A stretch of 64,000 bases of DNA. It comes from an uncultured Pseudomonadota bacterium (GTDB lineage Bacteria > Pseudomonadota > Alphaproteobacteria > JACZXZ01). The stretch is from NCBI GenBank assembly GCA_963749075.1, contig CAVVLJ010000022.1:64001-128000 (forward strand). Direction: 5' to 3'. Both the position numbers and the translations under genes were made by a program. The notes under the pieces are model-generated. The model was not told the origin of the DNA. It searched no databases and worked only from the letters and a program-made list of their open reading frames with translations. Positions 20,811 through 30,956 of this stretch are shown here, one piece after another. Within the stretch, counting starts at the first letter, position 1, and each line of letters starts with the position of its first letter.

Positions 20811-22067
20811 CTACCGCATCCTGTTATAGTTGCCCTCGGCCTCACGCAGGGCGGCTTCGGGGGCTTCCTTGCCGGCCATCACGTTGGCGATGGCATGGCC
20901 AAGTGCGTCCTGCAAAGCGGCCACATTCTCCGGCCAATGGAACTTAAGCGCGTCGTCAGCCATAAATTTCACCAGCTTCTTGATATAGGCCATCTGCGGC
21001 GTGCTGAGACTTGGATCATTGGCCAGGCTGCGGCGCATGGGCAGATACCCAACCTTCTCGACCTGCTCTAACTGGATCTTGGGCGAGGTCCAAAGTTGGA
21101 TAAATTTCCAGGCGAGATCGGGCTGCTTGGAGTCAACGGGGATGGCAAGGTTCCAGGCTTCGACCATGGCGGGCTGCCAGCCGCCCTTGAACGTCGGTAC
21201 GGGCATGAAGTCGAGCTTGTCCCCAGTGGGCAGTTTCAGCCTAAGGGTCTTCAACCAGTGCGAGCCTTCAAAGAAGAAGCCCGTGCGACCCGCCTCGGTC
21301 AGTTCGGCAATCTTATCGCCCTCCATGAGACCAACGTCGAGCGGCATCACTTTGTATTTTTGCACGAGATCGCGCACAAACTCGATCACTTTAATGGCCT
21401 GTGGCGACACAAAATCGGCAGTGCCGTCTTTGTGCAGCATGGGCCCGCCCAGAGTAACGACGGCTGGAACGAAGAACTTCTCTGCGGCGTCGCTGGACGG
21501 GTCAAAGCCTATCCCTATGCCGGTGAAGCCTGGCCCCGACATTTCCTGCATTTTTTTGGCGGCAGCGACAAGCTCGTCAAAGCTCTCCGGCACCTTCAGC
21601 CCGGCCTTTTCGAGTAGGTCGGCCCGATAGTGGAAGCCATAGACACGAATGTCATAGGGAATGGCATAGTGCTTTCCGTCCTTGATTCCCGATGACGGGA
21701 TGATCAGATCGTCGCGATCTGACTTGTCTAGCTTCGCAAGGTACGGATCTAGCGGCTTCAACGCGTCTGCACCGATCTCGCGCTGCACATTGCCGGAATT
21801 TGCTATCGTGAGGTCGGGCGTCCGTCCCGCTTGCGCGGCCTTGAGTACCGCGAGATCGATCTGATTCCACGCCGTCACGGTCGTGTGTACCTTCACTCCC
21901 GGGTTCTCTGCCTCGAACGTCCGGATTACCTCTGCCTCCATCTTCGAGCGTGGATTGTCACCTGCGGGATCGATGAAACTCCAGAATTCAAGACTTGTTT
22001 CGGCTGCCGCCACGCGCGGCAGTAGGACCAGCAGCAACGCTGCGATAATCAGCTTTATGTTCTGCAT
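20811..22067 (-). CDS. carbohydrate ABC transporter substrate-binding protein
   Basis: Signal peptide, FEAENPGVKV, GRTPDL, YAIPYD, AWKFIQ. Confidence 0.9.
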   Translation of the reverse strand: MQNIKLIIAALLLVLLPRVAAAETSLEFWSFIDPAGDNPRSKMEAEVIRTFEAENPGVKVHTTVTAWNQIDLAVLKAAQAGRTPDLTIANSGNVQREIGADALKPLDPYLAKLDKSDRDDLIIPSSGIKDGKHYAIPYDIRVYGFHYRADLLEKAGLKVPESFDELVAAAKKMQEMSGPGFTGIGIGFDPSSDAAEKFFVPAVVTLGGPMLHKDGTADFVSPQAIKVIEFVRDLVQKYKVMPLDVGLMEGDKIAELTEAGRTGFFFEGSHWLKTLRLKLPTGDKLDFMPVPTFKGGWQPAMVEAWNLAIPVDSKQPDLAWKFIQLWTSPKIQLEQVEKVGYLPMRRSLANDPSLSTPQMAYIKKLVKFMADDALKFHWPENVAALQDALGHAIANVMAGKEAPEAALREAEGNYNRMR

Positions 22068-22121
22068 GGATTTCACTCCCTGTTCGCTGTTTCAACAAAC
22101 GTCATGCGGAGTCATGTTCCT

Positions 22122-22997
22122 TCATCCTTTGACAGCGCCTGCCGATAAGCCCTGGATGAAGGATTTCTGAAGAAACGCATAAGCCACGAGAACCGGGATA
22201 ATGGCAGCAACCGCTGATGCGGTAAGCCGTCCCCAATCCACGCCAACGTCAGTAACATGTGAGTAAATGCCAACTTGAATGATGCGCACCGAATCTGATT
22301 GCACTACACTGTAGCCAAGGAGAAATTCGTTCCACACGTCAGTAAACGCGAGCACAAAGCCCGCCAGCAGACCGGAGCGCAATAAAGGGAACGTGATGCG
22401 GTAAAAGGCGCCGATCCGCGAGCAGCCGTCTAGACGCGCCGCCTCCTCGAGGTCGAGAGGAATGCCGATGACGAAGCCGCGTAAGAGCCAGGACAGCTTA
22501 GGAGTAAGCCAAGCGCAAAAGACAAGAATAAGCACCCAAATAGTGTCATAGATGCCGACTTTGACGGAAAGCATATAGAGCGGGATGACGATTGCCACGC
22601 CGGGCATCATGATGGTCATGAACATCATTAGCATCAGCCCATTTCGTCCCCGGAAGTTAAACCGAGCGACCGCGTAACCAGCGTGCGCTGAGATGAGGGT
22701 ACTCAGTACAATCACTACAAATGCAATCAACGTCGTGTTCCACAGATATCCGAGGAAATGTTCATTCTCAAACACTGCGCCGACGTAATTCTCGAACGTC
22801 CAGGTATGCGGCAGCAGTGTCGGGGGGTATGCCGCGATCTCCGAGGGGGTCTTTAGGGACGTGATGAGCGCCCAAAGGATGGGAACGAGCGCGAATGCCG
22901 CTGCAAGTACCGCAAACAGCAGCTGCCCGGCTTTGCTCATATTTTTCAAGACGCGTCGTGCGCCTGATCCCGATGATGCGACATCAATGCGGCTCAT
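22122..22997 (-). CDS. carbohydrate ABC transporter permease (MalG type)
   Basis: TSLKT, IPLDLEEAARLDG EAA motif, WNEFL. Confidence 0.93.
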   Translation of the reverse strand: MSRIDVASSGSGARRVLKNMSKAGQLLFAVLAAAFALVPILWALITSLKTPSEIAAYPPTLLPHTWTFENYVGAVFENEHFLGYLWNTTLIAFVVIVLSTLISAHAGYAVARFNFRGRNGLMLMMFMTIMMPGVAIVIPLYMLSVKVGIYDTIWVLILVFCAWLTPKLSWLLRGFVIGIPLDLEEAARLDGCSRIGAFYRITFPLLRSGLLAGFVLAFTDVWNEFLLGYSVVQSDSVRIIQVGIYSHVTDVGVDWGRLTASAVAAIIPVLVAYAFLQKSFIQGLSAGAVKG

Positions 22998-23917
22998 ACT
23001 CCGTGCTCCGTACGCAATACCCGCACGAACGCAATGGTAAAAAGGATATTGATCGCAAAGACCATAACAGCGCCGGCAGAGCCGACCCCCATGTTGAGCA
23101 ACCTAAACGCCGAGTTGAAGACGCGCAGCGCCATCGTTTCGGTCGCACCGTTGGGTCCGCCGCCTGTCATCACGAGAACAATGTCGACGCTTTTGAAGGC
23201 CTGAAGTGATGTGAGGATGAGCGCGACCATAGCGGTGTTTCGCACGAGCGGAAACGTCACATGCCGAAATCGCAGCCAGGCCGTGGCCCCGTCAATCGCT
23301 GCCGCCTCCTGCAATTCGACCGGAACAGTCTGGAGTGCGGCGAGCATGAAGACCATGACCAAAGGGAACGCCGACCACGCACTGGCGACAATTACGGCGC
23401 CCATAGCGCCCACGGGGTCGCTGATAGCGTTGGGAAGCGTGATGCCGACACTCGCCAGGAGCCAAGGTGCTAGACCGAACTGTGGATTTGTGAGCCAACC
23501 CCAGAGCAATCCTCCCACTATGTTTGAGACAAGCCAGGGAAGTATCAGTACCGTGCGCAGGAAGCCCCGGAGAGGGATGGGCTTTGAAAGAAGAACCGCC
23601 AACGCGACGCCAAGCGGCATCGCTATTGCTAACGTCCCGGCGACGAAGATCAGGGAGTTCAGGATGGATCCGATGCCGTTACTCTCGATGACATAATCCG
23701 CGTAGTTTTGAAGCCCCACGAATCGTCCAAGCGAGAGGTTTCGCGATCGGAAGAAACTTTGCAGGATGGCGTAACCGATCGGTAGAACGGAAATTCCCGC
23801 GATCAATACGAAAGCCGGCGAAAGAGTGACATAGGGAAAGGCGCTGCTTCCGAACCGGCGCCATCTCAGTCGGTGGAATGCCGCAAGCCCGCCGGCGTGT
23901 GTGTCAATTTTAACCAT
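22994..23917 (-). CDS. carbohydrate ABC transporter permease (MalF type)
   Basis: FVGLQNY, ELQEAAAIDGA, MTGGGPNGATE. Confidence 0.93.
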   Translation of the reverse strand: MVKIDTHAGGLAAFHRLRWRRFGSSAFPYVTLSPAFVLIAGISVLPIGYAILQSFFRSRNLSLGRFVGLQNYADYVIESNGIGSILNSLIFVAGTLAIAMPLGVALAVLLSKPIPLRGFLRTVLILPWLVSNIVGGLLWGWLTNPQFGLAPWLLASVGITLPNAISDPVGAMGAVIVASAWSAFPLVMVFMLAALQTVPVELQEAAAIDGATAWLRFRHVTFPLVRNTAMVALILTSLQAFKSVDIVLVMTGGGPNGATETMALRVFNSAFRLLNMGVGSAGAVMVFAINILFTIAFVRVLRTEHGV

Positions 23918-24233
23918 GACGCAGGCCCCACACGGGCGCGAGTTCGAAAGCCCATGACTGCTCGGAACGGTGCGCGGGCTGGATGCGCTCGCCCGCAGCA
24001 GCCGCAAGCCAATCGCCCGGAGCGACACGGATTTCAGATCCGCGGAACCGAACACGAGGCAGGATTTTCCCGCCGAGCAGTTCGGCCAGGGTGACGTCAA
24101 ATGGCAGCGCCGAGCCGCGGGAGCCGACCAGGGCGGCGGGTTGCCCCAGCATGATGTCGAGGTTGCTGCCATCGATTACGTCGACGCTTCTAAAGCTCTC
24201 TCGTATCCCGCGCAGCCCGACTGCCGCCGTCAT
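23910..24233 (-). pseudogene. internally deleted MalK/UgpC-type ABC ATPase
   Basis: AVGLRGIRESFRSVDVIDG..AALVGSRGS (decayed Walker A) fused to a TOBE-like tail (VTLAELLGG..). Confidence 0.7.
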
Positions 24234-24426
24234 CGTTTTGGGTTGCGTGCTGATGGCACAGCCTTCCTGTAGCACGAGTTCAGCCGGCGCCTCATCTCGC
24301 GCTTTGTATTTTAGCTTCCCAAAATAATTTCTCGGAGTCAAGCCAATGCTGTATGGCTCCGACGATGGTGCTGGTCGTCACAGCGTCGATCGAGGAAGCG
24401 TACGCGGGCGCTCCTCCGCCCCGCAA

Positions 24427-24442
24427 TTGCAAGGATTTGCAA
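24427..24442. promoter_or_regulatory. candidate operator TTGCAA-N4-TTGCAA between the ABC operon and the divergent GntR gene
   Basis: Palindrome in a divergent intergenic region. Confidence 0.35.
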
Positions 24443-24559
24443 CACGGCAGATGTCGGAACGACGCCGGTCGGGAGGCGGCGCTGGACAGATGCTCGCGCG
24501 GCGTGTAAGCAATTGTCGGCCTGCGTAAGGACAAGAATGCGATAGGCCAAGAGGGCTCA

Positions 24560-25504
24560 ATGCGAACTTCGCCACTTGTCGCTGAGATTGCGAGGCGCAT
24601 CCTCGACATGGTCGAGGCAGGGCTACTCGTGCCGGGTGCGCAATTGAAGGAGGACGAGCTTGCTGAGCGCTTCCAGGTCTCGCGCTCGCCTGTACGCGAA
24701 GCATTGCAGGCGCTTGCGCAAACTCGGATTGTGCAGCGCGAGGCCTATCGTGGAAGCTTCATCTCGACGACGTCCAAAGCAACAATCCAAAAAGCGCGCC
24801 GTTTGTTCGGCTCCGACGGGCCGGATGACGCATATCGAGAGATCGCCGCTCAGCGCCTCGATGGCCGCTTAGCCGATCAGATCACCGAGGCCGAGCTTGG
24901 CGCGCGGTTTGGGCTCCGCCGGACCGAAGTTCGGCGGATTGTCAATCGCATGGCGCGTGAGGGCTGGATTGAGCGCCGACCGGGCTACGGTTGGTCTTTC
25001 GTGCCGGTATTGACGACGCCCGAGGCCTTCGAACTCGGCTATCGGTTTCGCTCTGCGATAGAGTCGGCGGCATTGCTGCAACCCACCTTTGCGATCGACT
25101 ATGCGGCATTCGAGAGCTGCCGCGCCGAGCAGCTCGCCATTGCCGAGGGGAGGCTGCGGAGCTCGGACCCGGTCGACGTATTTCGCGTTGGCTCTAGTTT
25201 TCATGAGATGCTCGCGCGCTGCTCGGGAAATCCCTTCTTCCTCGACGCCGTAAGACGGATAAATCGCCTGCGGCGGCTCCTGGAATACAGGGCAAAGGTC
25301 GAAACCGAGCAATTGAGAAAGTTGGCTAAGGAGCACCTGATCATTCTAAGCAAGATTGAGAAGGGCGATCGGGCGGGCGCGGCCGACCTTATGCGCCGTC
25401 ATCTTGAGAGGACGGTCAATACCAAACTTCAGAGTCTTCGTCAAATATCTGACCGCGCGACGGGTCACGTTCGGGCAGCGGCTTCGGCTAGTCTGCATTT
25501 TTGA
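24560..25504 (+). CDS. GntR-family regulator with tandem winged HTH domains and an FCD domain
   Basis: ELAERFQVSRSPVREAL; second ELGARFGLRRTEVRRIV..GWIERRPG; FHEML..EHLII. Confidence 0.9.
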   Translation: MRTSPLVAEIARRILDMVEAGLLVPGAQLKEDELAERFQVSRSPVREALQALAQTRIVQREAYRGSFISTTSKATIQKARRLFGSDGPDDAYREIAAQRLDGRLADQITEAELGARFGLRRTEVRRIVNRMAREGWIERRPGYGWSFVPVLTTPEAFELGYRFRSAIESAALLQPTFAIDYAAFESCRAEQLAIAEGRLRSSDPVDVFRVGSSFHEMLARCSGNPFFLDAVRRINRLRRLLEYRAKVETEQLRKLAKEHLIILSKIEKGDRAGAADLMRRHLERTVNTKLQSLRQISDRATGHVRAAASASLHF

Positions 25505-25911
25505 AGCGCTGGGCTCTCCGCGACGCATTAGGCCCTAAAACCCGACTCGATTGCGACCCTCAAAGCCGCCTGGTATGCGAACATCGAGCCTGTGAACGAC
25601 CAAGCGGGATGCTCGGCCGTCGCACATTCCCGTCAGTGCGGCGTAACAACATAGAGTACATCGGTCGTAGGATTTCCAGAAGAGCACATGCTGGGCCATT
25701 CCGTCGGCATTGGAGCTGTGCGGTCTATGCGCCCATCCAGCGCATAGAGCGAGAAGCGGCCGATGCGATCATTCACGATTTGAGCAAAATGCCAATTGCA
25801 ATTCCACGCGCCGGCAGTCAATTGACATGTTGTATTTCTTTCCAGACAAGAGCAAAGGCTGCCAACGGCGCCAAACTACTATCACGTCAAGCCAATTTGG
25901 GGTGTATGGTC

Positions 25912-26712
25912 ATGCGGGTTCTGATTACGGGTGCCGCCGGCAAGATCGGGACGGCACTGCGCAATGGTCTGGCCGGACGCTACCCCTTGCTGCGCCTGTG
26001 CGACACCCGGGATTTGGGTATCGCACGCAGCGGCGAGGAGACCGCGACGGCTGACCTTACCGACCCTGCGAGCGCGACACGCGTGACGGCGGGCATGGAT
26101 GCAGTGGTGCATCTGGCTGGCGTAGCGCACGAAGACAGTTGGGAACGCATCCTGCCGAACAACATCGCGGCAACTTACAACCTGTTCGAAGCTGCGCGCG
26201 AGTCGGGCGTCAAGCGCATATTGTTCGCGAGTTCAAACCACACCGTGGGCTATTATCCGGCGCGGCGCGAGGTGGGAATAAACGTCCCACCGCGGCCCGA
26301 TAGCCGGTACGCCGTCAGTAAGGTGCTTGGCGAGGCGTTGGGACGGCTCTACGCCGACAAGTTCGGCGTGAGCGTCATATGCCTGCGCATTGGCTCGTTC
26401 CGGCGTGCGCCGGAAAGCAGGCGGCAGCTTGCTACCTGGATCAGTCCGCGCGATATGGTGCAACTGGCGATCCGCTCACTCGAGACGCCGAACATTCATT
26501 TCGCGGTCTACTACGGCATATCCGCAAATAGGCGCCGGCGCCTGACGGACGATGCCGCTACAGTGATCGGTTTCAAGCCGATGGACGACGCGGAGGCCTA
26601 TGCTTCGCAATTTGCGGACGAGGCCGGCGATCCCCACTCGCCCGCGGAGCTGTTCCATGGTGGGCCATACTGCATGACCGACTTCAGCGGCGATCCGGGC
26701 CGGATAAAATAG
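25912..26712 (+). CDS. NAD-dependent epimerase/dehydrogenase, uronate-dehydrogenase-like
   Basis: ITGAAGKIG, FASSNH, RPDSRYAVSK, LRIGS, TWISPRD. Confidence 0.85.
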   Translation: MRVLITGAAGKIGTALRNGLAGRYPLLRLCDTRDLGIARSGEETATADLTDPASATRVTAGMDAVVHLAGVAHEDSWERILPNNIAATYNLFEAARESGVKRILFASSNHTVGYYPARREVGINVPPRPDSRYAVSKVLGEALGRLYADKFGVSVICLRIGSFRRAPESRRQLATWISPRDMVQLAIRSLETPNIHFAVYYGISANRRRRLTDDAATVIGFKPMDDAEAYASQFADEAGDPHSPAELFHGGPYCMTDFSGDPGRIK

Positions 26713-26936
26713 CTATGCTCATTTCTGACCAGCAATCACCCGGCTAGCCAGGGACCGACAGGTCGCGGATGGATGGATCGGCGAATGGCCGCGCTAGGCC
26801 TCAAAGTGGGTTCAAATCTTAAAGCAGAGGACGTTTACTCGTCACCCTGCCAAGGCTGGCGGGTTGGAAAAACTATCCCGGAAATGGGCAACATCTTTCC
26901 AAAGCGGGCAAACATAACGTGTGCGTTCTGGTGTTA

Positions 26937-27760
26937 GGGTCTGTACCCGCATAATGTCTTGAAAAAGTTGTCCGAATGTGATTCACCGTGGTTGGAGGTG
27001 GATCATGCGGTTTGATTTGAGCGACGAGGAATGGGCTGTGCTGGAGCCGTTGATGCCGGGCCTTCGCAAGAAGGCGCGAGAGGATGATCGCCGGATCATG
27101 AATGGCATCTTCTACGTGCTGCGCACCGGCATGCCGTGGCGAGATTTGCCGGAGCGCTATGGGCCTTACACGACGGTCTACAATCGCTTCAACCGCTGGT
27201 CTCGCCGCGGCATCTGGAAGCGGATTTTCGACGCGCTGGCCGCGACATCGCACGATAGCCTCTATCTGATCGACAGCACCATCGTGAAAGCGCATCGCGC
27301 GGCGAGCGGCGCAAAAGGGGGGAGAAAAATCAGGCGATCGGTATTAGCCGGGGCGGGCGCAGCACGAAGATCCATGCGGTCGTCGACGGCAAAGGCCGCC
27401 CGCTGAACTTCATCGTCACGGGCGCACAGGTCCATGACAGCCAAGTCGTCGAAGCGGTGCTGGACACGCCCAAGCCGCCCCTCGCCGTCGCGGCCGACAA
27501 GGCTTATGACAGCCAAAAGGTCCGCCAGCAGATCAGGGACGAAGGTGCCTTGCCCGTCATCCCCAGCCGCAGCAATGCCACCAAGAAAGCCTATTGTCCC
27601 AAGCGCATCTATCGCAGGCGCCACAAGATCGAAAATTACTTCTGCCGCATCAAGGATTGGCGGCGCATCGCAACCCGATACGACAAGCTGGCCAGAAACT
27701 TCCTTGCCGCCGCAGCCCTCGTCGGCGCACTCTACTGGATCAAATTGTGAGTCCAGACCC
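26937..27760 (+). mobile_element. IS5-family insertion sequence, copy 2
   Basis: Same TIRs and TA duplication; one substitution seen versus copy 1 (TGC to TGT, synonymous). Confidence 0.95.
27005..27750 (+). CDS. IS5-family transposase (-1 frameshift)
   Basis: Same protein as copy 1. Confidence 0.93.
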
Positions 27761-27943
27761 TAGTTTGAGTTTTGTACCCGCGACAGACCCGAGAAGCCGA
27801 ATTCAGTATGAAATGCTACTTTGTTACTCAGTTGGCGGTTTTGGTTAGCGAGCTATCTAGAGCTATTTATGAGGGCACTTCTAATTTCGACGGCACGCCC
27901 AATTTTTCGCATGCGGTCGAGACGGCCGACGCTGATACGCGAT

Positions 27944-29221
27944 TCATGCTTTGATAGCGGTAGGATGCAGTACGACGATTTCGGAGCCATCCTTGACGAA
28001 ATCCGTAGACGCCCGAACCAGCTTGGCCACAGCAGCAGCTTTGTGCGCCGGCGCAAGGTGAGCATAGCGCAACGTCACTTTATAATCTGAGTGACCAAGC
28101 AGTACACGCACCGTATTCAAATCGACCCCCGCCATCGCCAGGCGTGACGCGAAGTTGTGCCTCAGGTCATGCCACCGAAAACGCTGAATGCGTGCACGTT
28201 CCAGGACCGCCAACCATGATCGACGTATATTGTCGAGCAATGCCTTATTCTTACCGGGAAATACGAAGCCCTCGGACGCTGCCGTATCGTTTTTCCAAGC
28301 TTCGAGGGCCAGACGCGCCTCATCGTTAAGAGGTATGTGCCGCGTCTTGCCGCTCTTTGCATTGGCTCCCCGAACCGTCAAGTTGGCTTGTTGCAGGTCG
28401 ACGTCTTTCCAATCCAGACTGAACATCTCGCCCCGACGGAGCCCCGTATTCAGCGAGAGCAGAACCATAGGCCGCAGCCGATCCGCAAACACTCGTTCCG
28501 ACAAATCCGGCAACAGCGGATAGCGCCGGTCGGCGCGCCACCGGTTAGCGCTGCGTCGCGCTGCTCTGATTTTGTCTTCGCGCTCCTTGAGCGCCTGCCG
28601 CAATCGCATCTCCTCATCATCGCTTAGGAAGCGCACCGTTGGGCTTGGATCTACGCGACAGCGTTTTACCGCGGTTACCGGACTACACTTGAGCAACCCC
28701 CACGAGACGGCCTTCGTGAGAGAGGATCTCAGGTCATCGAGGTCACGGTTGGCGGTAGTCGCTTTCGCACCTGCCTTTAGACGATTTGTTCGCCACTTCT
28801 CGATTTGCCACGCGGTTATCTCTCCAAGGTTTTTTGTAAGCAATTCCGAGAAACTGGCTTTCAACCTGGCGACTGTCGCATCGCCGGTCTGAATGTTTGC
28901 CTTTGCCCATGGTGCGTACGCCTCGTCGATGAATGAAAGCAGCGTATGTGCCTTCGCCTGCCGCTTTGCGGCCATGGGGTCGTTGCCCTGATAGGCTTCG
29001 GCAAGGATGGTCTTGGCCTTTTCGCGCGCCATTACCGGCGTTATCGCGTCCGCCCGTCCGATTGCCATCCGACGCGCGCGCGCGAACTCGATGTAGTAGG
29101 TCATCACGCCGCTGGGCTGGACGCGAAGGAGAAAGCCGTTGAGTCGACTGTTCCTGATTTCGTAAGGCTTCGGACCCGGTTTGATGCGACTGATAAGGTC
29201 ATTGCCGATGATCGAATGCAT
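27944..29221 (-). CDS. tyrosine recombinase/integrase with N-terminal arm-binding domain
   Basis: GFLLRVQPSG arm domain; TGLRRGE, KSGK, HDLRH, LLGH, RYAH catalytic residues. Confidence 0.96.
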   Translation of the reverse strand: MHSIIGNDLISRIKPGPKPYEIRNSRLNGFLLRVQPSGVMTYYIEFARARRMAIGRADAITPVMAREKAKTILAEAYQGNDPMAAKRQAKAHTLLSFIDEAYAPWAKANIQTGDATVARLKASFSELLTKNLGEITAWQIEKWRTNRLKAGAKATTANRDLDDLRSSLTKAVSWGLLKCSPVTAVKRCRVDPSPTVRFLSDDEEMRLRQALKEREDKIRAARRSANRWRADRRYPLLPDLSERVFADRLRPMVLLSLNTGLRRGEMFSLDWKDVDLQQANLTVRGANAKSGKTRHIPLNDEARLALEAWKNDTAASEGFVFPGKNKALLDNIRRSWLAVLERARIQRFRWHDLRHNFASRLAMAGVDLNTVRVLLGHSDYKVTLRYAHLAPAHKAAAVAKLVRASTDFVKDGSEIVVLHPTAIKA

Positions 29222-29238
29222 GACACGAAATCTACCGA

Positions 29239-29361
29239 TAAGTGCGAGCGGCGTGACATTGCCGGACGTTTCCGTAAGTGCAGGGTAAGTGCAAAGTCCC
29301 CGTTCACGGCCGAACCAGCCTGGACCCTCACGAACAACCAATCAATTATAACATATTGATT
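29239..29361. promoter_or_regulatory. candidate att arm: TAAGTGC direct repeats (29239, 29275, 29286) and an AT-rich AATCAAT..ATTGATT IHF-like inverted repeat
   Basis: The 11-bp-spaced direct repeats lie between the integrase start and the att core. Confidence 0.6.
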
Positions 29362-29422
29362 ATAAAAGTAAACCTTGTTCGCTGACGGTTGCTGACGTGC
29401 GTCTTCGTTCGCGATAAAATTG

Positions 29423-29469
29423 CGCTCATAACGGTGTTGTCGCAGGTTCGAGTCTTGCCGGGCCCACCA
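29423..29469 (+). other. 3' half of tRNA-Ile(CAT), the att site closing the island
   Basis: CTCATAA anticodon loop, GCAGG-TTCGAGT-CTTGC T-arm, CGGGCCCACCA end; no 5' half. Confidence 0.88.
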
Positions 29470-29622
29470 GGATTGTCAATGAATTGCGGAATCGCCTCTT
29501 CTTCATTTTCGGGGGTTGGAGACGCAAGCAGCAAGGCTAAGCCTCAATCAAGCAGCCGGCCAAGGCACGAACGCATATGACTCAGTCATTGACGTAGGTC
29601 CGTCGGCGTACTACTTGTTTAT

Positions 29623-29898
29623 ATGCAATTCGAGTGGCATGCGGTTAAGAGCGCCAGCAATGCCAAGGCGCGTGGTCTACCATTCGAGATCGCGATGGCG
29701 ATCTTCGACGGGTCGACATTGGAGAGCCCGGACCGAAGGCGGGACTATGGTGAGCCGCGGGTGAAGGCGATCGGCTCGGTTGCCGGGCAAGTATTGGTTT
29801 GCGTCTACACAGACCGCAATGCGGTCCGGCGGATCATTAGCTTACGGGCGGCGAATAGGAGAGAACGCGATGCGTACCGTGCGGCGTACCCGAGCTGA
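29623..29898 (+). CDS. BrnT-family toxin
   Basis: MQFEW..K..SN..RGLPF, DRRRDYGEPR, VCVYTDR..RRIISLRAANRRER. Confidence 0.9.
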   Translation: MQFEWHAVKSASNAKARGLPFEIAMAIFDGSTLESPDRRRDYGEPRVKAIGSVAGQVLVCVYTDRNAVRRIISLRAANRRERDAYRAAYPS

Positions 29899-30241
29899 CC
29901 TCGATCTGAGCAAAGTCGACTGGCGGCGGCTCGCGGCGACAACGGATGCGGAGATCGACCGCCAGATCGCGGCCGATGCCGATACGGCACCGCTATTTTC
30001 GGCCCGCGAATTGAGACGCGCACGGCGGGTGGTGCCTGCGCCTGCGGCCGATGACGTGCGGGCGCTTCGTCGTCGGCTTGGGTTGAGCCAAAAGCAATTT
30101 GCCGCCCGCTATGGGTTCTCGGTCGAGACCGTGCGCAATTATGAACAAGGCCATCGCCGACCGGCCGGTCCGGCGCGGGTTCTTCTCAAAGTGATAGCCT
30201 CCGAGCCGGACGCGGTGACCCGCGCGTTGCTGCGGCGGTGA
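29870..30241 (+). CDS. HTH (XRE) antitoxin
   Basis: VDWRRLAATTDAEI N-terminus; LRRRLGLSQKQFA..VRNYEQGHRRPAGPARVLL; overlaps the toxin. Confidence 0.88.
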   Translation: MRTVRRTRADLDLSKVDWRRLAATTDAEIDRQIAADADTAPLFSARELRRARRVVPAPAADDVRALRRRLGLSQKQFAARYGFSVETVRNYEQGHRRPAGPARVLLKVIASEPDAVTRALLRR

Positions 30242-30459
30242 GCGACCCGCCGCCTCGCGCGGCGATTCGCTTGCGACGAAGCGCGGGCTGAGCTCGCAGG
30301 GCAACCGGTCAAGATATTCCGCTAGCGCATAGGGCGCGGCCTCTCCGGCAATGGTCAATCGGCGCTCGGCGGCAGCAGTCATGCCATCGATCGGGAATGG
30401 CCGGCGGCCGCGATTCCAGTATATCATGACGTCGACGCCAACTGGCCGAGCCGACATTC

Positions 30460-30816
30460 GTGATCGACGACCCTCGCCGAGTCCCCGGCCTCGTGACAAG
30501 ATTGCGGGAAGCGTTGCCGTTCTCCGCCGGCGTGACCGCCGGATTGGTGGCCGTGATCCGGGAGCAGCTCCCGGACTGGACTGCGGCGCGACAATGCCCC
30601 GTCAGCGGAATCGACTACGCCGGCGACGAAGGTGGCATTATGTGCAGGCTCGATGTCGGCAAAGAGAACGATCGCCGAGTCTTCTACGTCTCGATTACGC
30701 ACTTGACGTTCGATCGCCGATTACCGTTCTCGCGAGAGATCGCCGCTTATCAGAAGCATCGGACCAAGCGCATCAAGCGGCTCGGCGATGCGGCCAACTT
30801 CCTTGGGGAACTTTAG
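30460..30816 (+). CDS. hypothetical protein
   Basis: 118-aa ORF (IDYAGDEGGIMC..VSITHL..IAAYQKHR) with protein-like pattern. Confidence 0.65.
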   Translation: MIDDPRRVPGLVTRLREALPFSAGVTAGLVAVIREQLPDWTAARQCPVSGIDYAGDEGGIMCRLDVGKENDRRVFYVSITHLTFDRRLPFSREIAAYQKHRTKRIKRLGDAANFLGEL

Positions 30817-30956
30817 GGCAGGTTATGCGCGGGGGCGCTTCGGGCACGCAATGGGCGCGCAATCGGACTTAAGTCGTTGCAATCATCCACAATCAGACTC
30901 GGTGCAGCTCGACGAGAATCCCAGGATTTCCGCCGCGTCCGGGCCTTTTCGGCCCA

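Noticed and set aside
27773-27790. IS-end-like words TGTACCCGC and CAGACCC just right of IS copy 2
   Set aside because: Only 9 and 7 nt; cannot be distinguished from chance
29390-29469. Intact tRNA
   Set aside because: No 5' acceptor strand or D-arm; only the 3' half is present
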